Shown here: positions 1-8,846 of the stretch, piece after piece | How positions within the stretch are numbered: the first letter of the stretch is position 1 | Layout of the letters: the number at the start of each line of letters is the position of its first letter | Sequence record: MW825358.1 | Reading direction: 5' to 3' (one strand) | Length of the DNA stretch: 64,000 bases | The notes under the pieces: model-generated | Database searches by the model: none | The model's input: the letters and a program-made list of their open reading frames with translations, nothing else | What the model was told of the DNA's origin: nothing | Program-made: the position numbers and the translations under genes

Positions 1-41
1 ACCGCAAACTCTCCCGGCATCACTAACCCCTCCCCTGCTAG

Positions 42-79
42 CCCCCTGCCTTCGCGCAGGGGGTTTATAGTGCTTTTTT
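42..79 (+). terminator. GC hairpin + T-tract
   Basis: ccccctgc-cttcgc-gcaggggg then tttatagtgctttttt. Confidence 0.65.
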
Positions 80-120
80 TACCCCATCGGCTTATTTAGT
101 GTCCAAAGGAAATATAAACC

Positions 121-139
121 TACACTATCTAAGTGTAGT
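121..139 (+). promoter_or_regulatory. early-promoter-like motif TACACTAT-N4-GTGTAGT
   Basis: Same motif and spacing at 35620 and 53423; resembles the phiKZ early consensus TATATTAC. Confidence 0.5.
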
Positions 140-159
140 CCATTAACACTGAGACATTT

Positions 160-2421
160 ATGGCCGCCACTCACGAACAGTACTTGGCTCTGCGCACGCA
201 AGTGCAGCAAGCCCAGGTCGATTATCACACCCATGATGCACCCACGATCTCTGATGCCGACTACGATGCCTTACTGGCCTCGCTGCGGCAATTAGAGGCG
301 GATCATCCAGAATGGGTGGAAGGTCAGTCTGTGACCGAACAGGTCGGTGCGCATATCAAGCGCGGTTTGTATCCGGTCACCCACCGCACTCCAATGCTTT
401 CGCTGGACAACGTCTTTGACCTGCCCGAGCTGGCAGAGAAGTACTTGCGACTGTGGAAGACGCCGGACTTTCATACCTCTTTTAAGTACGACGGGCTGGC
501 ATGTGAGCTGACCTATGTCAATCGCGTGCTGTTCGAAGCTGCTACCCGCGGTGATCGCTATACTGGCGAGAGCATCTTGCATAACGTGCAAGGCTTTGAC
601 ACGATTCCTAAGGGTCTGCCGCGCGGCGCGCCCGATGACCTGCGCGTGCGGGGCGAACTGGTCATGTTCAATGATGAGTTCGAGCGCTACAACCAGGCCT
701 TGATCGCCGCTGGGGAAACACCCAAGGTCAATCCACGCAACGCCGCCTCAGGGATTGCCAGACGCCTGCGCAGTGACAAACACATCGGGGCGCAGTTGGT
801 GTTCTTTCCCTACGATGTCCTGTTCCCAGATGGCGAAGGTCCCAAGACCTACGGGGAGAAACTCGAGCTAATCAGCACGTGGGGTTTTCAGTTCCCTTGG
901 CTGCCGGAGCAATCCAAACCCTCCTACCCGCTGAACCATTACCTCAACGATCGTCAAGCCGAACGGGCCACCTTGCCCTTTGGGATCGACGGGCTGGTCT
1001 TGCGTATCAACGACCTGGCCCACTGCGAGCGTTTGGGCTATACCTCGCGCGCCCCGCGCTTTGCAGTGGCCTACAAGTTCCCGCCTGAGGAAAAGACCAC
1101 GGTGGTGCGCAAGATCCGTCTGCAGATCGGACGCACTGGCAACGCCACGCCTGTAGCAGAGGTCGATCCGGTGGTCGTAGGTGGTGTCACGGTGACCAAT
1201 GCGACCTTGCACAACGAAGATCACATCAAGCGTTTGGATCTGGCCATTGGCGATACGGTCATGATTCGCCGCGCCGGTGACGTAGTGCCAGAGATCTCGG
1301 CGGTGGTCAAGCGCCCGATTGATCGGCAAGAGTGGTTCTTCCCGCAGTTTTGCGAATGCGGTGGTGAGCTGGTGCGTCCTGCCGGCCAGGCCAATCACGT
1401 GTGCATCGGGGAAGGGTGTATCTTCCAGACCCAGCGGGCCTTAGAGCATTTCGTATCCCGCAACGCCATGGACATTGAAGGACTGGGTGAGGAGCTGTTG
1501 GCCAAACTGATCTTGGTGGGCAAGGTGCGGTGGTTTCCAGATATCTACAAGCTCGATGAGAAAGACATCTTGGAAGTCACCAGTGACACCTCGACCCGCT
1601 ATGCCGAGGTGATCATCCAGGCCATTAACAAGAGCCGTAACACGACCGTGCAGCGCTTCTTAAATGCATTGGGTATTCCCATGTCCGGAGAAGGAACCTC
1701 CAAGCGTTTGTATGAGTGGTTCGGCTCTATCGAACTGATCCGCAAGGCCTCAGTTCGGATGTTGATGGCCGTCCCGGATATTGGTCCGACGGTAGCCCGC
1801 AGTATCCATGACTATCTGCACGGCACGCGCAATACCCAGTGGTTGGATGAGTTCTTGGTGCGAGACCAGGCGTTGGTCTTTACCGATGCCATGGGTCCGT
1901 GCGCGGACTTTGCCAAGTACATTGATCTGGAGCAGTTGCTGGATCTGTCAGGGATCAAGGGGATCAATGGAAAGAAGCGCCCCCAGGTCGTGCAGTGGTT
2001 GGAGATGCTGGGCTACCCGCAAGGTCACGCAACGATCCATCAGGTGGATGATCCTAAGTACCAACGGGCGCAGGAGTTTTACAACAACCATGCCACCGAG
2101 CTGTGGTCCTTGCAAAAGGATTGGCAGTTGATCCACAGTCACCTAGATCAGGTGCGTCAGATCCAGGGCAATCAACCCTTGGCTGGAAACACCTACGTGC
2201 TGACCGGCTCCTTTGATGAGACCATCGGCTCACGTGGGATGATCGGTAAGCTGTTGGAATCTTTGGGTGCCAAGGTCACCGGTTCGGTCTCTGCCAAGAC
2301 CACCGCTGTGTTCGTAGGTGATTCTCCAGGGGCCAACAAAGTGGACAAAGCCACCGAACTGGGAATTCCGCAACTGAACGACCAAGATCTGCAAGTGCTC
2401 CTGTCCAAACACTCGCAGTGA
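160..2421 (+). CDS. ligA: NAD-dependent DNA ligase
   Basis: HRTPMLSLDN, KYDG adenylation motif, NPRNAASG, DGLV, APRFAVAYKF, RAGDVVPEI, Cys4 zinc finger, HhH repeats and C-terminal BRCT (VTGSVSAKT..GDSPG..KVDKATELGI). Confidence 0.97.
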   Translation: MAATHEQYLALRTQVQQAQVDYHTHDAPTISDADYDALLASLRQLEADHPEWVEGQSVTEQVGAHIKRGLYPVTHRTPMLSLDNVFDLPELAEKYLRLWKTPDFHTSFKYDGLACELTYVNRVLFEAATRGDRYTGESILHNVQGFDTIPKGLPRGAPDDLRVRGELVMFNDEFERYNQALIAAGETPKVNPRNAASGIARRLRSDKHIGAQLVFFPYDVLFPDGEGPKTYGEKLELISTWGFQFPWLPEQSKPSYPLNHYLNDRQAERATLPFGIDGLVLRINDLAHCERLGYTSRAPRFAVAYKFPPEEKTTVVRKIRLQIGRTGNATPVAEVDPVVVGGVTVTNATLHNEDHIKRLDLAIGDTVMIRRAGDVVPEISAVVKRPIDRQEWFFPQFCECGGELVRPAGQANHVCIGEGCIFQTQRALEHFVSRNAMDIEGLGEELLAKLILVGKVRWFPDIYKLDEKDILEVTSDTSTRYAEVIIQAINKSRNTTVQRFLNALGIPMSGEGTSKRLYEWFGSIELIRKASVRMLMAVPDIGPTVARSIHDYLHGTRNTQWLDEFLVRDQALVFTDAMGPCADFAKYIDLEQLLDLSGIKGINGKKRPQVVQWLEMLGYPQGHATIHQVDDPKYQRAQEFYNNHATELWSLQKDWQLIHSHLDQVRQIQGNQPLAGNTYVLTGSFDETIGSRGMIGKLLESLGAKVTGSVSAKTTAVFVGDSPGANKVDKATELGIPQLNDQDLQVLLSKHSQ

Positions 2422-2426
2422 ATCAT

Positions 2427-2449
2427 ACCCCCGGTCTTCGGACCGGGGT
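2427..2449 (+). terminator. hairpin after ligA
   Basis: ccccggtc-ttcg-gaccgggg. Confidence 0.6.
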
Positions 2450-2472
2450 CTTAAAATCGAGAGATCAGACCC

Positions 2473-3246
2473 ATGACGTTGATTGCAGTAGTAGAAGGGT
2501 TGGTGATCGCCGACTCGGCCCGGATGACCAGCGCCGGAATGCAGTACAGTTCAGGTAAGATCTTTCCTTACCCCAAAGCGAGCAAGATGTGGTCGCGTCG
2601 TTTGAAATTCGTCGACCACTTCTTCGGCTTTGCCGGAACAGGTGAGGACGAGGCGATCCAAGCGGCCGGAGATATTGTGTTGTGTGGTGCGTTGGACCTG
2701 GTCACCGACCGCTATCGTGCTATGGACGATCTGCGTCTGATCAATGACTGGAATCAGTTCTCACTGCTTTTGTTTGGACTGCAGGGTGTGGCCGTACTGC
2801 ACATGCAAAGCGGAAAGGTCGAACTGGAGTATGAGCGCTATGACGTGCTGTCTTCAGTCTCCGTCGGTTCTGGGCATGCGGCTTTTAAACGCCTGTATTC
2901 CACAGACTACAAAACCAAGATCTGCCCGGTCCGGGCCTTTTATGGCACCTTTGCTTTAGAGCCCACATGTGGAGGAGAGATAGAGGTGTGGCGTATGCCG
3001 CTACACCGGCGCGATAAGCTCACTAAACTGGCGCAAATGCGCCAACGTACTTTGCCTGAAATCTTTCAGTTCATGGCAACTCCCACCAAGTACCATTTCA
3101 AAGAGGTTTCCACGACATGGCGATCCACCATTACCCAGCTCTCAGCAAAAAGGTCCAGCGCAAGATCACCCCGCAAAGCGCCGACAAAGACCTCCAGGCC
3201 GCAGCAGAAGCTGCAGGGATCAGCCGAGAGCAGTTCAACAAGCTGA
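2473..3246 (+). CDS. Ntn-hydrolase / HslV-proteasome-beta-like protein (putative)
   Basis: N-terminal M-T-LIA..ADS, later VGSG and xxxPTCGG, matching the proteasome beta/HslV layout; a similar gene lies at 42243. Confidence 0.55.
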   Translation: MTLIAVVEGLVIADSARMTSAGMQYSSGKIFPYPKASKMWSRRLKFVDHFFGFAGTGEDEAIQAAGDIVLCGALDLVTDRYRAMDDLRLINDWNQFSLLLFGLQGVAVLHMQSGKVELEYERYDVLSSVSVGSGHAAFKRLYSTDYKTKICPVRAFYGTFALEPTCGGEIEVWRMPLHRRDKLTKLAQMRQRTLPEIFQFMATPTKYHFKEVSTTWRSTITQLSAKRSSARSPRKAPTKTSRPQQKLQGSAESSSTS

Positions 3247-3431
3247 TGGCAGGTGAGTACCTGCCCGGTCTGGTCGAGCTGCGCAACCTGGCCTTGCACC
3301 TGGGCATGCGACCCAACACCCTGGTCGATGCGGCCATGGACGATATGGCCGGGCACAACGACGACAAGCCGGCAGCGCCGCCCAAAACCGAGTCGCGCAC
3401 CTCCCCGCTCAAGGCCGCTAATAAGTGGTAA
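3117..3431 (+). CDS. XRE-family helix-turn-helix protein
   Basis: AAAEAAGISREQFNKLMAGEYLPGLVELRNLALHLGMRPNTLV fits the HTH_3 pattern; AGAGG SD upstream; overlaps the previous ORF by 130 nt. Confidence 0.6.
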   Translation: MAIHHYPALSKKVQRKITPQSADKDLQAAAEAAGISREQFNKLMAGEYLPGLVELRNLALHLGMRPNTLVDAAMDDMAGHNDDKPAAPPKTESRTSPLKAANKW

Positions 3432-3435
3432 GTCC

Positions 3436-3618
3436 ATGGAGGCGCACACCGGCCCTCTAGCTGTACTCCAGGTGATCTTGTACAAACGCAACATTCAAGG
3501 TGACTTGGAGTCAGCGTCCACGGTCTTTGAATGTCGGGCAGCTGATATTGTCCGGGCCATTGAAAAGGCTGAGCAAACCTTCCCCCGTTGTCTTGTCCAA
3601 GCCGTTATTCGTCTCTAA
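3436..3618 (+). CDS. hypothetical protein (60 aa)
   Basis: ATG just after the HTH stop; tight operon packing. Confidence 0.45.
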   Translation: MEAHTGPLAVLQVILYKRNIQGDLESASTVFECRAADIVRAIEKAEQTFPRCLVQAVIRL

Positions 3619-3631
3619 AGGAGTTTTTCAG

Positions 3632-3958
3632 ATGTCACTCTTGCAAGCCATTAGGATGGATTGTGCTCAATTGGGCGAGCTGTCGGTGGCCGATCCGTTC
3701 TTCACACCCACGATGTTCGTGCACCTCATTATCCCTAACGATAACGAGGCCGCCGAGCTGAAGCTACATCTCCACACCACCAAAAAGCCCACTAATCGGC
3801 AATTGATGGACCGGGACTTTCTCAACCAAATTGTCCATGAGGTGGAGAATTTCTTCAGAGCCCTAGAGCAGTTCCAGAGCTTTGGCGAATACGTACCTTG
3901 GTGTCTGGAGTTCTTCGATAAGCCTGCCACCCGCGTCCCACTCGGCCCGCGCAACTAA
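3632..3958 (+). CDS. hypothetical protein
   Basis: AAGGAG SD before ATG 3632 (track start 3500 is probably too long). Confidence 0.6.
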   Translation: MSLLQAIRMDCAQLGELSVADPFFTPTMFVHLIIPNDNEAAELKLHLHTTKKPTNRQLMDRDFLNQIVHEVENFFRALEQFQSFGEYVPWCLEFFDKPATRVPLGPRN

Positions 3959-3979
3959 CCTTTCCTGGAAACACGAACC

Positions 3980-4408
3980 ATGTCTGAAGAATCGAACGAC
4001 CAGACCTTCTTTATCCTCCACGCCGAAAACCCTTTCTCCTCTACCTTCGGAAATTATCTAGTCGATTCGATCGAGGCCCCAGATGTGGCCACCGCCCGCG
4101 CCAACACCGGGATCGATCACAGCGAAATCCTGGACGTGTTGGATCTTGAGCAGGCCCATGCGCTCATGCGGGGTAACTACTATCAGTTGCCGGACAACCA
4201 GTTTGTGACCTCTGGCCGTTGGGGCTGGAATTGGGTCACCCACTCGCTGGTGCTGATCGATACGGACTATGAACTGGATGATGAGGTGCTGCTGGCCAAG
4301 GTCAACCAGGAAGGACCTTACGAGGGGGAAATCAACTTCGTATTGAACTTCCCCGACATTGCCGTGTTGCTCACGCAACTGCACATGGAATTGGATCTTC
4401 TCAAATAA
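3980..4408 (+). CDS. hypothetical acidic protein
   Basis: 142-aa ORF in operon context. Confidence 0.65.
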   Translation: MSEESNDQTFFILHAENPFSSTFGNYLVDSIEAPDVATARANTGIDHSEILDVLDLEQAHALMRGNYYQLPDNQFVTSGRWGWNWVTHSLVLIDTDYELDDEVLLAKVNQEGPYEGEINFVLNFPDIAVLLTQLHMELDLLK

Positions 4409-4427
4409 GGCCTATGCTATAGAACAC

Positions 4428-4630
4428 ATGTCACGCATCGGACATGGGCCTGGAAAACCAGTTCTCAAACTCAGTCTTGCCCTCGCGGCTTCGATGTAAC
4501 CCTTCTCTTAAGTGCAGTAACCCGTCGTGAGACGGCCGAAGATCTTCTAAGAGCGCAAGGGAAATGGTGGGCCAGCAACGTCCCCTACCGCATATCTCAG
4601 TCCCCTGCTTTCGGGCAGGGGACTTTATGC
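4428..4630 (+). ncRNA. candidate structured RNA in a 390-nt intergenic region
   Basis: Several stems, including ccctt-ctctta/taagag-aaggg enclosing a ccgtc-GTGA-gacgg GNRA hairpin; closed by a terminator-like hairpin. Confidence 0.3.
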
Positions 4631-4795
4631 CCTTGAGGTGGTAGGATTTGACATCACCACCTTATTGTAAGGATCTACGGTGAGACAGTAGGTTCGTTGA
4701 GTCAACGTCTAGAATTGTGAAGTCAAGAAGGCTGTCGCAAACCATGGCGTGTTGTACCTTTTTTGTAGTTTAACCCAACTTGAGGTTATTTACCC

Positions 4796-5797
4796 ATGAC
4801 TGAATCAGATAATTCCGTTCGCCAGCGCCTCCCGAGGGATTTCCATAGCCACGTCACACGCACGCGCGATGGGCTGTCTTTTCTTACGTCTCCTGTTTTT
4901 CCTGAAAGCCAGGAAACGGTACGCCAGAAATTGCACGCAGTTACTGGCAACGAAGCGATCTTACACACCCTGCCTTTTCAACGTGAGTGGCTGCACTTCG
5001 GTACGTTCGACCCGAGGTACTTTGAAGCATGGTGTATGCAGTACTTAGGGCAAGGCGAAAAGTGTCGAGGCACCGTCTCCTACGCCGATTACGTCGATCA
5101 CTTCCACGTTTTTCCGCGCAATATCACAGGTCACTTTGCAGTAAAGCGCGGTCGAGACCACATCCTGGCGATAATTGAGTTTGCAGGGACATTTGTGGAA
5201 ATCGTGGCAGGACACTGCTATATCTACAAGTCCAGTGTGTATCGGCGAGATCTAAACAGCTGGGACCAACTGGAATCCCTCAAGCCAATTGCCCTTAACG
5301 AGGATCGTTTTGATCTGGTGTTTTGTAAACTCGCCAAACAGCGCACCGGGGTAGGTGAGATCGGCTGGCAAAACGAATATGTGCGCCAGATCAATGTCAC
5401 CCACCATGGGGCCGATATGGATTTGCGTCCTGCCCTGCAAGGAGATCACTTGCGCTGGCTGGAACTTAAAGTGGGGCAATTGATGGAGCAATTGCGACCT
5501 AAAGATGCACAAACAGGCCGTCATCTGCGTGGTCCCTCTTTCAGTTGGGATGTTTTTACCCACGCGTATCTTCTGGCCGGAACAGGTACTGCTGGGTACC
5601 GATTCCGTAGTGGTCCTGAGGCTTACGATTTGGTTTATCCTGCCTGGGAGCAGTTTGAATCTTGGCTTGAGGCCAATGAGGAAGAACTGCGCCACTCGAG
5701 CGAGGAGTTCGTACGTCAGAAAGTGAGCGATAAAATCGTAGAGACCATTGCGCTCCTTGAACAACAGGCGCCGCGCGAGAAAACCCGGCCTCGCTGA
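4796..5797 (+). CDS. hypothetical protein
   Basis: 333-aa ORF with GAGGT SD, followed by a hairpin. Confidence 0.75.
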   Translation: MTESDNSVRQRLPRDFHSHVTRTRDGLSFLTSPVFPESQETVRQKLHAVTGNEAILHTLPFQREWLHFGTFDPRYFEAWCMQYLGQGEKCRGTVSYADYVDHFHVFPRNITGHFAVKRGRDHILAIIEFAGTFVEIVAGHCYIYKSSVYRRDLNSWDQLESLKPIALNEDRFDLVFCKLAKQRTGVGEIGWQNEYVRQINVTHHGADMDLRPALQGDHLRWLELKVGQLMEQLRPKDAQTGRHLRGPSFSWDVFTHAYLLAGTGTAGYRFRSGPEAYDLVYPAWEQFESWLEANEEELRHSSEEFVRQKVSDKIVETIALLEQQAPREKTRPR

Positions 5798-5910
5798 TTG
5801 ATTCAGCTATCCAGCCCTCCCACCTGTGGGTGGGAGGGTCTATGCCGTCAGTTGATTTTTACCTACCTGCCTGATTGTACGTATCCCATAACCCGTGTGG
5901 AAAACCTGGT

Positions 5911-7737
5911 ATGTCCTTGAAGATTGAAAAGCGCTTGGTACCGCCGTTTGAGAGCGCTGATTGGCCCTCTTCAGTACCGCCAGTGATCCAGCGCATCTAT
6001 GCTGCCCGCGGAGTCACCAAGCCTGAATCGGTAGAGCACGTGCTCTCCAAGATGATCCACTGGAAAGAACTAGGTGGGATTGTCGAGGCTGCCAAACTCA
6101 TTGCCCAGGCCATCCGTGAGAACTGGTGGATTACGATCTCCGGTGACTATGACTGCGATGGTGCCACCGGAACTTCCGTGGCTGTGCGTGGTCTTAAACT
6201 CCTAGGGGCTCAGAACGTCAAGTTCGTCGTACCCAACCGCTTTACCCATGGCTACGGCCTGTCGCCGGCGTTGGTTGATGACATGGATGATCGCACCCAG
6301 CTGGTGATCACCGTTGACTCAGGGACTTCTAACGTCGATGGGGTGGCCCGGGCCAATGAACTCGGGCGCAAGGTGGTCATTACCGATCACCACTTGCAAG
6401 GCGAGCGCTTGCCTGATGCGGCGGCCATTGTCAATCCCAATGTCATTGGCGATCCCTTCCCCTCCAAGGCCCTGGCTGGGGTGGGGGTGATGTTCTACGT
6501 CCTGCTGGCTACCCGGCATGTACTGCGCACCAGCGAAGTGCCTGGCATGCCAGAGCCTGATCTTTCCTCCCTGCTGGATCTGGTAGCGCTAGGAACCATT
6601 GCCGATCTGGTCCCGCTGGATCAGAACAACCGGATCTTAGTGGCCGCCGGTCTGAGGCGTATTCGCAGTGGTAAGGTCAGTCCGGGTCTGCGCGCTTTGA
6701 TTGAAAAGGCCGGTAAGGACATCTACAACCTGACTGCCACCGACTTTGCCTTTGCCGTGGGTCCGCGCTTGAACGCGGCAGGGCGAATGGAAGACATGAC
6801 CATCGGGATCACCGCACTGATCAGTGAGGACCCCGGACAGATCGAGCAGTATATCGACATGCTCGAAGACATTAACGACGTCCGTAAGGAACGTCAACAG
6901 GAGATGATCGCAGATGCCGAACGAATCCTTGCCAACGTACAAAGCGTTTCAGGAACTGGCCCGGCGGATGAGAGCGCTGACGCAGGCCTCACCGGTGATA
7001 ATGGTCCACGCAACCTATCCTCCGAAGGCTCCGGTGGTAAGGCCCGACGAGGTGTTGTCCTTTACGATCCCAGCTGGCACTCGGGAATCGTCGGTCTTGT
7101 CGCTTCGAAAGTCAAAGAGTCGCTCTACCGGCCGGTCATCGCCCTTGCTCCAGCTGAGCCCGGAAGCACAGAGCTACGTGGATCGGCACGTTCAGTCCCA
7201 GGCTTCCATTTAAGAGACGCCTTGGCGTTGGTAGACACACGCCATCCTAAACTGATGAAGAAGTTTGGTGGTCACGCCATGGCCGCTGGACTTAGTCTGG
7301 ATATCACCAAGGTGGAGAAATTCACTAAGGCCTTTGAAGAAGTCGCCGATGAACTTTTGACCGATGACTTACTCAATGCGGTGGTGTTCACCGATGGTGA
7401 GTTGCCAGAAGGGGCCTTTAGCTACGAGTTCGCTCAGTTGATCGTGGCCTGTGGTCCTTGGGGTCAAGGCTTTCCTGCGCCGATGTTTGAAAACGAGTTT
7501 GTTATTGACGGTGAGTTCTGCCGGGTTCTCAATAACAAACAAACCGGCAAGCCTGCCCACTTAAAGCTGGCATTGATCGATCCTCGCGATGGCGCCTTTG
7601 TTGAAGGCATTCAGTTCAACTCCGAGTACCTGGAGTCCATACCCCATCGGGCCCGGATCGTGTTTGAGCTGGAACCGAAAGTGTGGAACGGACGTACCTC
7701 AGCCCAACTGATGGTACGACATATCACCCCCTTGTAA
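5911..7737 (+). CDS. recJ: single-stranded DNA exonuclease RecJ (DHH family)
   Basis: GDYDCDGATG, PNRFTHGYG, ITVDSG, TDHH, LGTIADLVPL, GPRLNAAGR, HSGIVGLVAS, RGSARS, FGGHAMAAG; alternative TTG start at 5875. Confidence 0.95.
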   Translation: MSLKIEKRLVPPFESADWPSSVPPVIQRIYAARGVTKPESVEHVLSKMIHWKELGGIVEAAKLIAQAIRENWWITISGDYDCDGATGTSVAVRGLKLLGAQNVKFVVPNRFTHGYGLSPALVDDMDDRTQLVITVDSGTSNVDGVARANELGRKVVITDHHLQGERLPDAAAIVNPNVIGDPFPSKALAGVGVMFYVLLATRHVLRTSEVPGMPEPDLSSLLDLVALGTIADLVPLDQNNRILVAAGLRRIRSGKVSPGLRALIEKAGKDIYNLTATDFAFAVGPRLNAAGRMEDMTIGITALISEDPGQIEQYIDMLEDINDVRKERQQEMIADAERILANVQSVSGTGPADESADAGLTGDNGPRNLSSEGSGGKARRGVVLYDPSWHSGIVGLVASKVKESLYRPVIALAPAEPGSTELRGSARSVPGFHLRDALALVDTRHPKLMKKFGGHAMAAGLSLDITKVEKFTKAFEEVADELLTDDLLNAVVFTDGELPEGAFSYEFAQLIVACGPWGQGFPAPMFENEFVIDGEFCRVLNNKQTGKPAHLKLALIDPRDGAFVEGIQFNSEYLESIPHRARIVFELEPKVWNGRTSAQLMVRHITPL

Positions 7738-7747
7738 AGGAACTTGT

Positions 7748-8173
7748 GTGGACATCACGATCAATGATCGCCCTTCGATTCGCCAGGCACTTGGCGCGTG
7801 GATGGCGCTGGCAGAAGGAGATCCTATTCTCAATGCTCCTTTACAAAGGAACGCGATAATTCATTGCCTGTTTAGTCCCAACATCCAAGGCATGGCCTCA
7901 GGTCTGGAGCAGATCCCTGAGGACAGACGTGCTCAGGCAAAGGAGTGGTCCCAACGTTCGTTGCGTGGGCATTTTGTCCATCAACACAAACGCACCAAAC
8001 GCAGGAACCATCGCACCGGTGTTGTGCGTACTTATCTGATCGATTCGGTCCAGTTGACAGGCGTGGCGCCTGCTTCGATCGATCTGATCAGAGAGATTAC
8101 CGAGTTGCCGGAAGGTACGCTTACTTTCGATCATCGCTTCAGCCAGACCCCAAAACCCACTGACATCACATGA
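7748..8173 (+). CDS. hypothetical protein
   Basis: AAGGA SD, GTG start, ATGA overlap with the next gene. Confidence 0.6.
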   Translation: MDITINDRPSIRQALGAWMALAEGDPILNAPLQRNAIIHCLFSPNIQGMASGLEQIPEDRRAQAKEWSQRSLRGHFVHQHKRTKRRNHRTGVVRTYLIDSVQLTGVAPASIDLIREITELPEGTLTFDHRFSQTPKPTDIT

Positions 8174-8448
8174 AACCCAAACACCTGTTGCTGGTCATTA
8201 TCTTGGTGGCACTCACCAGCTGTTCCCAGAAACATAAATACGAATCTGATACGGTCACGGTGCAAGAAGAGACCGCTGTCACTAAACCCGCCAGCAAAGC
8301 CCAGTTCTATCGGGAAGAGATTCAAGTCAACGGCTCGACCGTGTTTCGCTACACGGATCGACAGCGCGGAGTGACGTGTTATCGTACCTCACGTAGTGGA
8401 TATGAGCCGCACGAATATCCATTGTCATGCGTTGACCGGGGCGATTAG
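8170..8448 (+). CDS. putative lipoprotein
   Basis: MKPKH + hydrophobic stretch + lipobox LTSC; C-terminal RYxD..GVTCY..C domain. Confidence 0.75.
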   Translation: MKPKHLLLVIILVALTSCSQKHKYESDTVTVQEETAVTKPASKAQFYREEIQVNGSTVFRYTDRQRGVTCYRTSRSGYEPHEYPLSCVDRGD

Positions 8449-8519
8449 TGACGCGGCTAAGAGTATGTGATAGCTACTGGTATCCTGCCGTTAGCGTCTA
8501 TACCGCGTTGGAGTATGCA

Positions 8520-8846
8520 ATGAAATACCTGGTAGTGATCCTGACGGTCTTGGTGCTGACTGGTCTGGTAGGTGGTGCGTTTTATCTGGGCACTGTGGTC
8601 TCAACAGGTCCGTTTCTGACGGAGCCGGTCGATACCAAAGGTGCAACCCCTGAGCAGCAAAAGCTCATTGATGCCTCCCCGATTATCCGTGAGGATTTTC
8701 TGGTGGCCAAGGACGTCAAGGTCGTGCGTTACTACGACCAGCAGTTCGGAACCTTGTGTTATCGGCGCAAGCGTGATAACGAGGTAGGTCAAAACTTAGG
8801 CTGCACCACCATCGGTGGGTTGGCCGTTGGAACAGGAAGCCCTTGA
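8520..8846 (+). CDS. membrane-anchored protein, paralog of the upstream lipoprotein
   Basis: GGAG SD; N-terminal TM helix; RYYD..GTLCY..C domain. Confidence 0.7.
   Translation: MKYLVVILTVLVLTGLVGGAFYLGTVVSTGPFLTEPVDTKGATPEQQKLIDASPIIREDFLVAKDVKVVRYYDQQFGTLCYRRKRDNEVGQNLGCTTIGGLAVGTGSP

Noticed and set aside
1860-2180. ~100-aa insert between the HhH and BRCT regions of LigA
   Set aside because: Similar extensions are recalled from long proteobacterial LigA proteins; probably ordinary
4428-4499. Short ORF ending LALAASM, reminiscent of a tmRNA tag
   Set aside because: ALAA is not terminal, there is no ANDxNY resume motif, and no tRNA-like ends are visible
4735-4760. GCAAACC resembling a c-di-GMP-I riboswitch start
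   Set aside because: The downstream GCAAAG/GGCCTAA elements and second stem are absent
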